From an uncultured Actinomycetes bacterium (lineage in GTDB: Bacteria; Actinomycetota; Acidimicrobiia; IMCC26256; PALSA-610), in assembly GCA_963782465.1 (NCBI GenBank), contig CAWAJR010000002.1:165995-229994 (forward strand): a stretch of 64,000 nucleotides of DNA, in the 5' to 3' direction. The notes under the pieces were generated by a model, which had not been told where the DNA came from, did not search any database, and saw nothing but the letters and a program-made list of their open reading frames with translations. Positions 13,055-21,881 of the stretch are shown in pieces. Position 1 is the stretch's first letter; the number at the start of each line of letters is the position of its first letter. The position numbers and the translations under genes are program-made.

Positions 13055-14401
13055 TCACGGTCGGTGGGCGACGGTCGGAGCGTTCGCGGCCAGGAGGAAG
13101 TCGGCCGCGACACGGTTCCCGAGCGCGATCGTCTCATCGACGTTCAACGTGCCGTTCGAGATGTTTGCGCTGCTCGCGAGGAAGATGCCCGGCTGGCTGG
13201 TGCGCACCGGCGGAAGCCGATCGGCGAACCCCACCGTCGGGACCGAGAACACGTTGCGTACCCGCGAGACCCTCGCGGTCACGACGTCGGCGGCGCCGAG
13301 TTGCGGGTAGACACGCGCAAGCGCGGGCAGGAACGAATCGAGGATCTCGTCGTCGGTGCGCGCGAACAGTGAATCGTCGGGCGGGACGTACTTCGGGAGG
13401 TACACCAACGAATAGCCGCGTAGTTCCGCCGGATCGACGAACGCGGTCATCTCGATCACGCCGGTGAACGGCATCGGCTCCGCGAGGTACGTGAGGTAGT
13501 AGCCCGACAGCGGCCGCTTCGTGAGGAGCGACACGCACACGATCCCGGCGTAGCGCGCCGCCGTGAGGCGACGGTATTCGTCGTCGGTGAGGCCGCGGCA
13601 CACGCGCGCGGCGATCGGCGACGCGACGGTGACGACGACGTCGTCGAACACTTCGGCGGTGCCACCGGGTGCACGCACCGCGACACCGTCGTCGGTTCGT
13701 TCGATCGATTCGACCGTGCACCCCGTGCGGATGGTGACGCCTTCCGAACGCAGCCTTGCCGTGAATGCGTCGAGCACGCGAGCGTAACCACCGGGTACGT
13801 AGCCGAACATCTCCTTCTTCAATCCGGAGCGCCTTGCCGCGTACAGACGTTGGATGGTCGCCCAGATGAACGACGCCGCGACATCGCGGTACCCGTCACC
13901 GAGCTTGGCACGAAGTTGCGGTTCCCAGAACCGCTCGAACGCGCGGCGACCCGACCACCGTTTCAGCCACGTCGCGATGTCGACCCGCGACAGCGGCTCC
14001 CACCGTTTGATACGCGACGCGTACAGGATCGTCGCGCCGATCCGCGCCTTGTCGACGAGGCGGAGGCCGGGGAGCCGGAGGAACTCGAAGGAGTTCGACA
14101 CCGACTGCAAGGTGCCGGCGGAGAAGTAACCGGTGCGGGTCTGCACCCATTGCATGCCGTCTTCGAGCCCGAGTTCGCGCAGCAAGGCGCGGTTGTTCGC
14201 GTCGGAGAGCAAGGTGACGTGGTAGTGGCGGTCCCACTCGACCGAACCGTCGGGCGTATCGAGCGTCCACGCGCTCGCGAGGCCACCGAGGACCGGCGCG
14301 GCTTCGAGCACGGTGACGTCGCGGCCGGCCTGCGCGAGCCGGTGCGCGATGGTCAGACCGAGCATCCCACCACCGACGACGCACACGCGACCCCGGCTCA
14401 T
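13055..14401 (-). CDS. FAD/NAD(P)-binding oxidoreductase (amine-oxidase / phytoene-desaturase-like fold)
   Basis: The N-terminus VCVVGGGMLGLTIAHRLAQAGRDVTVLEAAPVLGGLA is a dinucleotide-binding motif. The ATG at 14401 overlaps the upstream stop. Confidence 0.75.
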   Translation of the reverse strand: MSRGRVCVVGGGMLGLTIAHRLAQAGRDVTVLEAAPVLGGLASAWTLDTPDGSVEWDRHYHVTLLSDANNRALLRELGLEDGMQWVQTRTGYFSAGTLQSVSNSFEFLRLPGLRLVDKARIGATILYASRIKRWEPLSRVDIATWLKRWSGRRAFERFWEPQLRAKLGDGYRDVAASFIWATIQRLYAARRSGLKKEMFGYVPGGYARVLDAFTARLRSEGVTIRTGCTVESIERTDDGVAVRAPGGTAEVFDDVVVTVASPIAARVCRGLTDDEYRRLTAARYAGIVCVSLLTKRPLSGYYLTYLAEPMPFTGVIEMTAFVDPAELRGYSLVYLPKYVPPDDSLFARTDDEILDSFLPALARVYPQLGAADVVTARVSRVRNVFSVPTVGFADRLPPVRTSQPGIFLASSANISNGTLNVDETIALGNRVAADFLLAANAPTVAHRP

Positions 14402-15026
14402 CGAGCCGGCGGCGGGTCGAGTTCGCTGACGGACCCCTGGTGTACGTGGTACCGCAGACCGCAGGCCGGGCACGACGCCTCGGCGTCGGCGGGCGGTGCA
14501 GTGTGCGGGAACCGCCATACCGGTTCGCCGCAGCGGCAGACGATGGCGATCGATCGCGCGGGGCTGCCGACGACGAGATGGAACGGCGCGACATCGCGCG
14601 TCACGACCGAACCCATTCCCACGAGCGCGAACCGCCCGATCGTGAGGTCGCAGCCGATCGTGCACGCCGCGCCGATGCTCGCGCCCGCCTCGACCCGCGT
14701 CGAAAAGATGTGCTCACCCGGGCCGGAGTCGCGAAGTTCGGTGATCGCGACGTCGGTCCCGCGCGGGTACTTGTCGTTGGTGAAAATCGTGCCCGCGCCG
14801 ATCATCACGCCGTCTTCGAGTGTCACGCCGAGCGGCAGGTACACCATCGCGTTGATCTTCACGAGGTTGCCGATGGTGACCCCGGGCCGATGTAGGTCTT
14901 CTCACCCACGATGCAATCGCGCCCGACACTGCTCGGGCCGCGAGCGTGCACATCGGCCCACACCGCGGTGCCGTCGCCGATGTCGACGCCGTTTTCGATC
15001 TCCGCGGTGGGGTGGATGCGAGGCAT
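14398..15026 (-). CDS. Hexapeptide-repeat N-acetyltransferase, WlbB/WbpD-like; frame broken by a 1-nt indel near 14880-14883 in this sequence
   Basis: 15026..14873 encodes MPRIHPTAEIENGVDIGDGTAVWADVHARG...GEKTYIGPG. ORF 14398..14862 continues as ...KINAMVYLPLGVTLEDGVMIG... Adding one C to the C4 run joins the two. The C-terminus CRCGEP...CPACGLRY resembles the WlbB tail. Confidence 0.75.
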
Positions 15027-15057
15027 GGTCGTTCCGCCGGGAGTGTGTGCCTCGGCG

Positions 15058-16086
15058 TCAGGCGACGTTCTGGTCGCGCTGGCCCGTGATGGAACGAATC
15101 ACCGGCTCGCGCACCGCGACCCAGTGGTTGCGGCCCATCGAACGGTAGGCGGCGGCAACGACGTCGACCGAGGCGATGGCGTCGTCGGCGGTGATGAGGA
15201 GGTCCTCTTCACCGGCGACCGCGCGGCAGAAGTTGCGGACCTGGGCCGACATCGCATCGACCTTGTCGTAGCCGTCGCCGAACTTCACCCACTCGCCATC
15301 GGCCCGCCGGTACCGGGAGCTGCGCCAGCCGACCTGGATGGTGCCTTCCGAACCGTAGATGCCGATGTAAGAGTCGACCGCCTTGTCGATGCTCCACGAC
15401 AGGTCGACGGTGCCCATCACACCTTCCGCGCTGCGCAGGAACATCTCGGCGGTGTCTTCGACGGGCAGGCCCTGGACCCGTTTGCCTTCGACCGCGCTGA
15501 CCTCGACGATCGGCCCGATCACGAACCGGGCGATGTCGACCGAGTGCGTGCCGTTGTCGATCAGCACACCGCCGCCGCTGACCGCCGGGTCGGCGTTCCA
15601 GCGACCGCCCATCGCGACACGCGACGCGAAGATGTTCTCGAACAGGATCGTCTCACCGATCGCGCCCGACACGAGGATGCGCTTCGCTTCTGCGACATCG
15701 GGTGCGTAGCGAAACTTCGACGCCATCGTCACGAGCACGCCGCGCTCATCGGCGAGCGCGATCAGCCGGCGAGCACGCTCGGGGTAGATCGCGAGCGGCT
15801 TCTCGCACAGCACCGGGATGTCGTGCTCGATGAAATGACGGGCGACCTCGACGTGCGTCGCCGGTGGCGTGCACACGAGCACCGCGTCGAGATCGACGTT
15901 GCTCGTCAGGTCTTGGTAGTCGGCGAAGGCGACCGCGCCCGTGCGTTGCGCGAAGGCCTCGCGCGCGCCTTCGACGGGGTCGGCGACTGCCGCGAGGTTC
16001 ACCTCGTCGACAACGTCGAGCGCATCGAGGTACGACTGCGCGATGCGGCCCGCGCCGACCAGCCCGAGCTGGATCTGGCGGTTCAC
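15058..16086 (-). CDS. Gfo/Idh/MocA-family sugar-nucleotide 3-dehydrogenase (WlbA/WbpB-like)
   Basis: VNRQIQLGLVGAGRIAQSYLDAL... is a Rossmann N-terminus followed by EKPLA. The GTG at 16086 overlaps the upstream stop (GTGA). Confidence 0.8.
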   Translation of the reverse strand: MNRQIQLGLVGAGRIAQSYLDALDVVDEVNLAAVADPVEGAREAFAQRTGAVAFADYQDLTSNVDLDAVLVCTPPATHVEVARHFIEHDIPVLCEKPLAIYPERARRLIALADERGVLVTMASKFRYAPDVAEAKRILVSGAIGETILFENIFASRVAMGGRWNADPAVSGGGVLIDNGTHSVDIARFVIGPIVEVSAVEGKRVQGLPVEDTAEMFLRSAEGVMGTVDLSWSIDKAVDSYIGIYGSEGTIQVGWRSSRYRRADGEWVKFGDGYDKVDAMSAQVRNFCRAVAGEEDLLITADDAIASVDVVAAAYRSMGRNHWVAVREPVIRSITGQRDQNVA

Positions 16087-17423
16087 GATTGCCCCTTCCG
16101 CGGCGAGCCCTGCAACGTTCCGACCGCCAGGATGATCGCGTCGGCGATGCGATCGACGTCGTCGTCCGTGTACCGCTCGTTCCACGGCAGCACCAGGACA
16201 CGATCGAGGTACTCGAAGGTGCCCGGGTAGCGGGCCGCGTCGTAGTCGACGGCCTCCGGACGAGCGAGCGTGAACGGGAAACGGCTTCGCCCGAACGTCT
16301 TCTGGTTGGCGAACACGCCGCACCGGAACGCCGGCTTCTGGATGTAGCGCGGTCCGGACGCGATGCCACCGAGCTTCAACTCGGTGGCCAGCGCCGTCGT
16401 CCCGCCCGGGATCTCGTCGGGGTCGACCATCAGCGCATAGCGCCAGTAGACGTGGACGTCGCCGGGGAAAGGCTCCGGGACGAGCAATCCCGGAACATCG
16501 CACAGGCGCCGGTTGAGATGCTCGGCATTCGCGATGCGTTGCTTCACACCCGCGTCGAGCTTCTGCAGTTGCGCGCCGAGCACGGCACCCTGCAGTTCGG
16601 TCATGCGGTAGTTCAGCGCGAGGAAGTCGTGGTCGGTCTTCGGAGCGTCGTAGTCCCACGCCTTGTTGACGTAGCGGCGGGCGAAACGCGCCCGGTCGGC
16701 GTCGGCGGTGACGATCAGGCCACCCTCACCCGAGGTGATGTGCTTGCCCTGTTGCGTGCTGAAGCAGCCGAAGGCGCCCATCGTGCCGACGGGGCGCCCC
16801 TGCGAGCGGGCGAGGAACGCCTGGGCGCAGTCTTCGATGACCGGCACACCGAGGTCGTCGGCGACGGTACGGACCGCGTCCATCTCGCACGGTTCGCCGA
16901 AGAGGTGCGTCACGATCACGGCCCGTGTCCGGTCGCTGCACGCGGCGCGGATCGTCTCGGCGGTCACATTGCCCGTGTTCGCGTCGACATCGGCGAATAC
17001 CGGGATGGCGCCTTCGTAGACGATCGGAGCCAGCGCGCCCATGTCGGTGATCGACGTGGTCACGATCTCGTCGCCCGGTTCAGGGTCGATCGTTGCGACG
17101 GCGGTGTGGACGGCCGCGGTGCCCGACGCACAGGCGACCGCGTGCTGGATCCCGAGCAGTGCCGCGAAGTCGGCTTCGAGCGCCTTGACGAACGAGCCCT
17201 TCGTCGACGTCAGCGTGCCGCTGGCGATCACCTCGCGCAGCGCTTCGATCTCCTCCGCCCCGAGCGTGCGCCCGGATGCGTCCTGGTCCGAGGGGAGCTT
17301 CCACGGCGTCGAGTCGCCCTGCCCCTCTCGCACAGCGTCTTGACTGCTCGCCACGCCGCGTCCTTGCTCTGTTTCCCCACCAGCCCCTCTCGGGGAGGCT
17401 ATACGCGCGTCTGCGTCTCTCAT
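16083..17423 (-). CDS. DegT/DnrJ/EryC1/StrS-family PLP aminotransferase (WlbC/WbpE-like)
   Basis: ...HAVACASGTAAVHTAV...VIVTHLFGEPCEMD...FSTQQGKHITSGEGG includes the PLP lysine region. The start is uncertain: the ATG at 17423 gives a roughly 55 aa N-terminal extension, and internal GTG starts are possible. Confidence 0.8.
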   Translation of the reverse strand: MRDADARIASPRGAGGETEQGRGVASSQDAVREGQGDSTPWKLPSDQDASGRTLGAEEIEALREVIASGTLTSTKGSFVKALEADFAALLGIQHAVACASGTAAVHTAVATIDPEPGDEIVTTSITDMGALAPIVYEGAIPVFADVDANTGNVTAETIRAACSDRTRAVIVTHLFGEPCEMDAVRTVADDLGVPVIEDCAQAFLARSQGRPVGTMGAFGCFSTQQGKHITSGEGGLIVTADADRARFARRYVNKAWDYDAPKTDHDFLALNYRMTELQGAVLGAQLQKLDAGVKQRIANAEHLNRRLCDVPGLLVPEPFPGDVHVYWRYALMVDPDEIPGGTTALATELKLGGIASGPRYIQKPAFRCGVFANQKTFGRSRFPFTLARPEAVDYDAARYPGTFEYLDRVLVLPWNERYTDDDVDRIADAIILAVGTLQGSPRKGQS

Positions 17424-17549
17424 CTCGAGATCCCCTTCCGACGCGCCCTGTATCGGCCGAACCAACCAACCGATGAAGGTTCGACCACGATCGGTGGCCC
17501 GGACGGGTGCAATCTCCCGGCCCCGGCGCCGAGGAACGAGAATGTCGGC

Positions 17550-18641
17550 GTGAACGGCCCCCAGCAGGTGCTCGTCGTCTACGGGACCCGCCCCGAGGCG
17601 GTGAAGCTGGTCGGGATCGTCGACGCCCTCGGCGCCCGCGCCCGGACATTGCACTCAGGACAGCACTATTCGCCCGAACTCGCCGCCGAGTTCGAAGGTG
17701 CGCTCGGCCTGCGGGCACCCGACCACCAACTCGCGGTGGGGGGTGCGACGCGGGGCCAGCAGATCGGTGAGGCCACGATCGGGATCGAAGCGCACCTCAG
17801 GGCCATGCCCGCGGCCGCGGTGATCGTGCAGGGCGACACCAACACCGCGCTCGCCGGCGCGCTCGCCGCCAATGCGGCCGGCACGCCGCTCGTGCACGTC
17901 GAAGCGGGGTTGCGCTCACACGATCGTGCGATGCCCGAGGAGCACAACCGGGTACTCGTCGACCATCTCGCCGACCTGTGCGCCGCCCCGACCGAGACCA
18001 GCCGCCGCAACCTCACCGCCGAAGGCATCCCCGAGTCGCGCGTCGTGGTGACCGGCAACACCGTCGTGGAGGCGGTGCGCCGTCTCGCGCCCGGCGCGGC
18101 CGAAGCCGCAGGGCTCCTCGCCGCCCGCGACCTCGCTCCCGACGCCTTCGTGCTGGCAACGTTCCACCGGCCCGAAAACGTCGACGACCCCGAGGTGCTC
18201 GCGACGATCCTGCGTGAACTGGCCGCCCTGCCGCTCCCGGTGGTCTTGCCGATCCACCCCCGCACCGAGCATCGAGCGCGCGAGGCAGGCCTCGCCGATC
18301 TCCTCGCCCGCGTTCGGGTCGAGGCGCCCGCCGGTTACCGCACGTTTCTCGGGCTGATGGCCTCGAGCGCGTTCGTCGTCTCCGATTCGGGCGGCGTGCA
18401 GGAAGAGTCGAGCGTCGTGAAACGGCCGGTGATCGTCGTGCGGCGCAGTACCGAACGGCCGGAGGTGCTCGGTACGTTCTGCGAGCTGGTGCCCGCCGGC
18501 CCGCGGATCGGCGAGGTCGCGCGCGAGTGGTCCGAAGACCTGTGCGCCCTCCACGCGAAGCTGGCCGCGATCGACACCCCCTACGGCGACGGCTGTGCGT
18601 CACGGCGCACGGTCGACGCGCTCGAACGGATGGCCGGCTGA
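17550..18641 (+). CDS. UDP-N-acetylglucosamine-type 2-epimerase (WecB/WlbD/WbpI family)
   Basis: VLVVYGTRPEAVKL...VQGDTNTALAGALAA...HVEAGLRS...PEEHNR...HRPENVD. Only the last 363 codons of track ORF 15864..18641 are credible. GTG start at 17550. Confidence 0.88.
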   Translation: MNGPQQVLVVYGTRPEAVKLVGIVDALGARARTLHSGQHYSPELAAEFEGALGLRAPDHQLAVGGATRGQQIGEATIGIEAHLRAMPAAAVIVQGDTNTALAGALAANAAGTPLVHVEAGLRSHDRAMPEEHNRVLVDHLADLCAAPTETSRRNLTAEGIPESRVVVTGNTVVEAVRRLAPGAAEAAGLLAARDLAPDAFVLATFHRPENVDDPEVLATILRELAALPLPVVLPIHPRTEHRAREAGLADLLARVRVEAPAGYRTFLGLMASSAFVVSDSGGVQEESSVVKRPVIVVRRSTERPEVLGTFCELVPAGPRIGEVAREWSEDLCALHAKLAAIDTPYGDGCASRRTVDALERMAG

Positions 18642-19309
18642 TGACGCGAGCCCTGATCCCGCGCGGTGAGCTGCGCCTGCCGCCGCGTGAAGCGGTCGCC
18701 AAGACGAACGAGCTCGACCAGGGAGACTGGAACTACCGGCCCGGGTTGGGTTGGGTATCCCGTTTACGGCTGCGTGCGGTCGCCGCCGCGCTGGCCGGCA
18801 CGCGCGCGCAACGTCTGCTCGAGATCGGCTACGGCAGCGGCGTCTTCCTCCCCGAACTGGCCAAACATTGCACCGAGCTGTTCGGTATCGACGTGCACCA
18901 GAACGCACCCCTGGCGGCGAACATGCTGGAGGGCCAGGGAGTGCGCGCCGAGCTGGCGACCGGCTCCGCCACCGACCTGCCCTACGCGTCGGGGGCGTTC
19001 GACGCCGTTGTCGCGGTCAGCACGCTCGAGTTCGTTCCCGACGTCGCGCAGTCGGTCGCGGAGATGTTGCGGGTCGCGAGCCCGAACGGGCGGGTCATCG
19101 CGGTCACGCCCGGCAAGTCGGCGATCCTCGACTTCGGCCTCCGAGTGATGACCGGCGAGCGCGGCGAAGACACGTTCGAGGGGCGTCGCGGCACGATCGT
19201 GCCCGCGTTCCGCGACCTCGGCCGCGTCGAACGCATCGTGCAACTCCCGCCACTCACGAGCCGCGCACTCCCCCTCTATTCGGTGGTCGTCGCCCGCCCC
19301 AACCCCTGA
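18641..19309 (+). CDS. Class I SAM-dependent methyltransferase
   Basis: LLEIGYGSGVFLPEL is motif I and FDAVVAVSTLEFVPD is motif II-like. The ATG at 18641 overlaps the wecB-like TGA by 1 nt. Confidence 0.8.
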   Translation: MTRALIPRGELRLPPREAVAKTNELDQGDWNYRPGLGWVSRLRLRAVAAALAGTRAQRLLEIGYGSGVFLPELAKHCTELFGIDVHQNAPLAANMLEGQGVRAELATGSATDLPYASGAFDAVVAVSTLEFVPDVAQSVAEMLRVASPNGRVIAVTPGKSAILDFGLRVMTGERGEDTFEGRRGTIVPAFRDLGRVERIVQLPPLTSRALPLYSVVVARPNP

Positions 19310-19312
19310 CCG

Positions 19313-19356
19313 GTTGTGAGCGTTGTACCCCCGTACGGGGGTACAACGCTCACAAC
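19313..19356. terminator. 44-nt perfect palindrome (20-bp arms around GTAC) between convergent genes; candidate bidirectional terminator
   Basis: The sequence gttgtgagcgttgtaccccc-gtac-gggggtacaacgctcacaac was read directly. It lies 4 nt after the methyltransferase stop and 44 nt after the GT4 stop. Confidence 0.5.
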
Positions 19357-19399
19357 CTGGGTCTCTCTGCGGCGGCGGGGTCTCGGCGGCGGGCCTCGG

Positions 19400-20386
19400 T
19401 CAGGCGACGCCGAGGGTGCGGTACACGGCGACGGTCCCCTCGGCGGCGGCGTCCCACGTCAGGGCGCGGGCGGCGGCGAGGGCGGCGAGCCGGCGTTCGT
19501 CGCGGCGAGCGGCGTCGTGCACCAGCTCGCGCAACACCGCCGCTTGGGCCTCCGCATCGCCGATCGGTACGAAGTCGATACCGTCGCCCGCCACTTCCGG
19601 CAGCGCGCCCACCCGCGTCGCGACGACGGTTGCACCGCAGGCCATCGCCTCGACCGGCGGTAGCGCGAACCCCTCGTAGCGCGAGACGTACGCGACGACA
19701 CTCGCCGCGGCGTAGAGGGCGGGGAGGTCGGACTGCGCGACCTGGCCGATGCACTGCGCGTCGGCCGGGGCGTCGACCGTCGCGATCGCGCCACCGGCGA
19801 GCACCAGCCGCACGCCGGCGCTGCGGCAGGCGAGGGCGAGCGTCGGGACCTCCTTGCGCGGCTCCAGGTTCCCGACGTGCAAGACGAACTCGCCCGGTAG
19901 CGCGTAGCGGCGCACGACTTCGTCCACCGCGCTGGCCGGCGGCGGCACGAACCCGGGCCCGGGTGCTTCGTGGACGACGGTCGAGTCGCGGCCGAAGCGC
20001 GCTCGTAGCCGCTCCGCGGTGAACGCCGACACCGCGATCAACGCGTCGGCCTGCCGGATCGAATGCGCCACCGACCAGGGCTTGCCGAGTCGCTTCGCGA
20101 GCCGGAACGCCCCCGGATCGTCGAAGAGCGACAGGTCGTGGACGGTGCTCACCGTCGGTGCGCCCGGCCGGAGCGGCACCTCGACGTCGAGGCCGTGGAC
20201 GAGGTCGGCCGGCCCGGCCGGACGGAGGTTCTCGACCAGTCGCCGTACGCCCCGGCACACCGGCCGGACCTGCGGCACCACCGCCGGCGGAAGCTCTTCG
20301 AGCGCGTGCGCCTGGACGACGGCCACCAACGTGGCGTCGGTCGCGCGTGGCAGCGCCCGCAACAACTCGCGCGCGTAGGTCTGCAC
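19400..20386 (-). CDS. GT4 (GT-B, Glycos_transf_1) glycosyltransferase
   Basis: The EX7E region is YEGFALPPVEAMACGATVVAT. A conserved N-terminal motif RIVLNALALEPGGSG continues in frame upstream to about 20431 without a canonical start codon, so the true 5' end is unresolved. Confidence 0.75.
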   Translation of the reverse strand: MQTYARELLRALPRATDATLVAVVQAHALEELPPAVVPQVRPVCRGVRRLVENLRPAGPADLVHGLDVEVPLRPGAPTVSTVHDLSLFDDPGAFRLAKRLGKPWSVAHSIRQADALIAVSAFTAERLRARFGRDSTVVHEAPGPGFVPPPASAVDEVVRRYALPGEFVLHVGNLEPRKEVPTLALACRSAGVRLVLAGGAIATVDAPADAQCIGQVAQSDLPALYAAASVVAYVSRYEGFALPPVEAMACGATVVATRVGALPEVAGDGIDFVPIGDAEAQAAVLRELVHDAARRDERRLAALAAARALTWDAAAEGTVAVYRTLGVA

Positions 20387-20418
20387 CCCGCTGCCCCCGG
20401 GTTCGAGCGCGAGCGCGT

Positions 20419-21819
20419 TCAGGACGATTCGCGCAGGCAGCTCGTCACCGTTCCGAGCAACAACCAGAAGAAGAGGTCATCGGGGAACACCTCGAAATAC
20501 ACGACGGTGAACGCCGAGACGAAGACCGCGAGGATGTTCGCGGTCACACCGATCACGAACGCGCGGTCCTGCCCCGTCACTTGCGTCTCGACCTCGCGCG
20601 TATAGAGGAGTGTCGCGATCAGCATCATCACGAAGAAGAACAACCCGAGCACGCCGAGCTCGTAGAGCACCTTGTAGTAGTTGTTGTCGGGTTGGTAGAA
20701 GTCGGCGGTCGACTTCTGCACCTGCAACGCCTTCTCCGCGGCCGAACCGGTGGTGCCGAGGCCGTTCCCGAACGGCTGGGCCGCGTGGTTCAGGTTCTGC
20801 GTCCAACTGGTCTGGCGTTCCTGGAAACTGCCGCTGTAGAACGCGCCCTTTTCGAAGCCGAGCGGCAACACAAGGAGGGCAACGAGCGCGAACGGCGCGA
20901 AGAAGAGGAGCACCTTGTACTTGTGGAAGGCGAGATAGATCGCGCCGACGATGAGCCCGAGCCACGCGCTGCGTACGAAGGTGAGCGCGAGGGCGAGGAG
21001 GATGACGGGCGTCGACATCAGGAACAGCCGGTTGCGCCAGCGATCCAGGTCGGAGAGCGATACCGATGTCCCGATGAACAGCGCCATGATGAGGAACAGC
21101 GCGAACGCGGAGTGTTGGGCGAAGCTCGAGAACGAACGCAGCCACGGGCCCGTCGTACGGATCTGCAGGTCGTACTGGTAGCCGAGCTTGAGCAGGCCCG
21201 CCTCGCCGATCACCTGCTGGTAGAGCCCGTAGAGCGACGTGATGAAGGCGTTGACCATGATGATCGTGATGAGCCGATCGCGCTCCTTTGCGTTGAACGG
21301 GCACATCCACAGGGCCAGCGGGATCAGGAGGTAGAAGAAGCTGGTCTTGATCCCCTCGAGCGCGTTGATCCCACCGAGATGGGCGGCCGAGATGAGACCG
21401 ATGACGACGTAGAAAAGGAGCGGCGCGAGGTAGCGGGGATAGTGCTCCTTCACCCTCGGCTTGCCGATAACAGTGAGGAACGACCAGACGACGACGTAGA
21501 TCGTCAGCGCTTCCTTGTAACCCTCGGTGAAGGGTGGGTGGTGAATGATCACCAGAAGGCCGTTGTACGGCACCAACGTCGCGATCAGCAGCACGCCGAT
21601 CTGCGGTCGGGCCGCGATGAGGAGCAGGACCGGGAACGTGAGGAGCAGCAAGATCGCGTACGGCGCCCACTGGATCACGCCGCGCAACAACCCGCCGTAC
21701 GCGCCCCCAACGTCTTTGGTCAGCCCACCGAGCACGATCAGCGCCAACGCGGCACCGACCACGGCGGCGGTGCCGACGGCGACGGATCGTCGGCTCGGGC
21801 GCGCGAGCGGCACCCACAT
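20419..21819 (-). CDS. O-antigen ligase / Wzy-like polymerase family membrane protein
   Basis: ORF of 466 aa with about 10-12 TM helices and a Wzy_C-like segment LTFVRSAWLGLIVGAIYL. It is visibly less GC-rich than its neighbours, as is common for wzy genes. Confidence 0.75.
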   Translation of the reverse strand: MWVPLARPSRRSVAVGTAAVVGAALALIVLGGLTKDVGGAYGGLLRGVIQWAPYAILLLLTFPVLLLIAARPQIGVLLIATLVPYNGLLVIIHHPPFTEGYKEALTIYVVVWSFLTVIGKPRVKEHYPRYLAPLLFYVVIGLISAAHLGGINALEGIKTSFFYLLIPLALWMCPFNAKERDRLITIIMVNAFITSLYGLYQQVIGEAGLLKLGYQYDLQIRTTGPWLRSFSSFAQHSAFALFLIMALFIGTSVSLSDLDRWRNRLFLMSTPVILLALALTFVRSAWLGLIVGAIYLAFHKYKVLLFFAPFALVALLVLPLGFEKGAFYSGSFQERQTSWTQNLNHAAQPFGNGLGTTGSAAEKALQVQKSTADFYQPDNNYYKVLYELGVLGLFFFVMMLIATLLYTREVETQVTGQDRAFVIGVTANILAVFVSAFTVVYFEVFPDDLFFWLLLGTVTSCLRESS

Positions 21820-21881
21820 CGTGGAGGCAGGCTAGTGGGTGCGCCGGAACCGGTTGGACCGCCGCTTACACTGTCCCGGCC

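Noticed and set aside
14873-14890. The frameshift sites could represent programmed ribosomal frameshifting or true pseudogenes.
   Set aside because: No slippery heptamer or downstream structure is shared between the sites. Most sites are short G/C runs. Essential genes such as lysA are affected, and two genes carry compensating pairs. Sequence error is the more economical explanation (see the indel finding).
15864-17549. The N-terminal 560 codons of the 925-aa ORF 15864..18641 might form a giant fusion with the epimerase.
   Set aside because: This part is antisense to the dehydrogenase and aminotransferase genes and is Arg-rich nonsense. The epimerase homology begins at the GTG at 17550.
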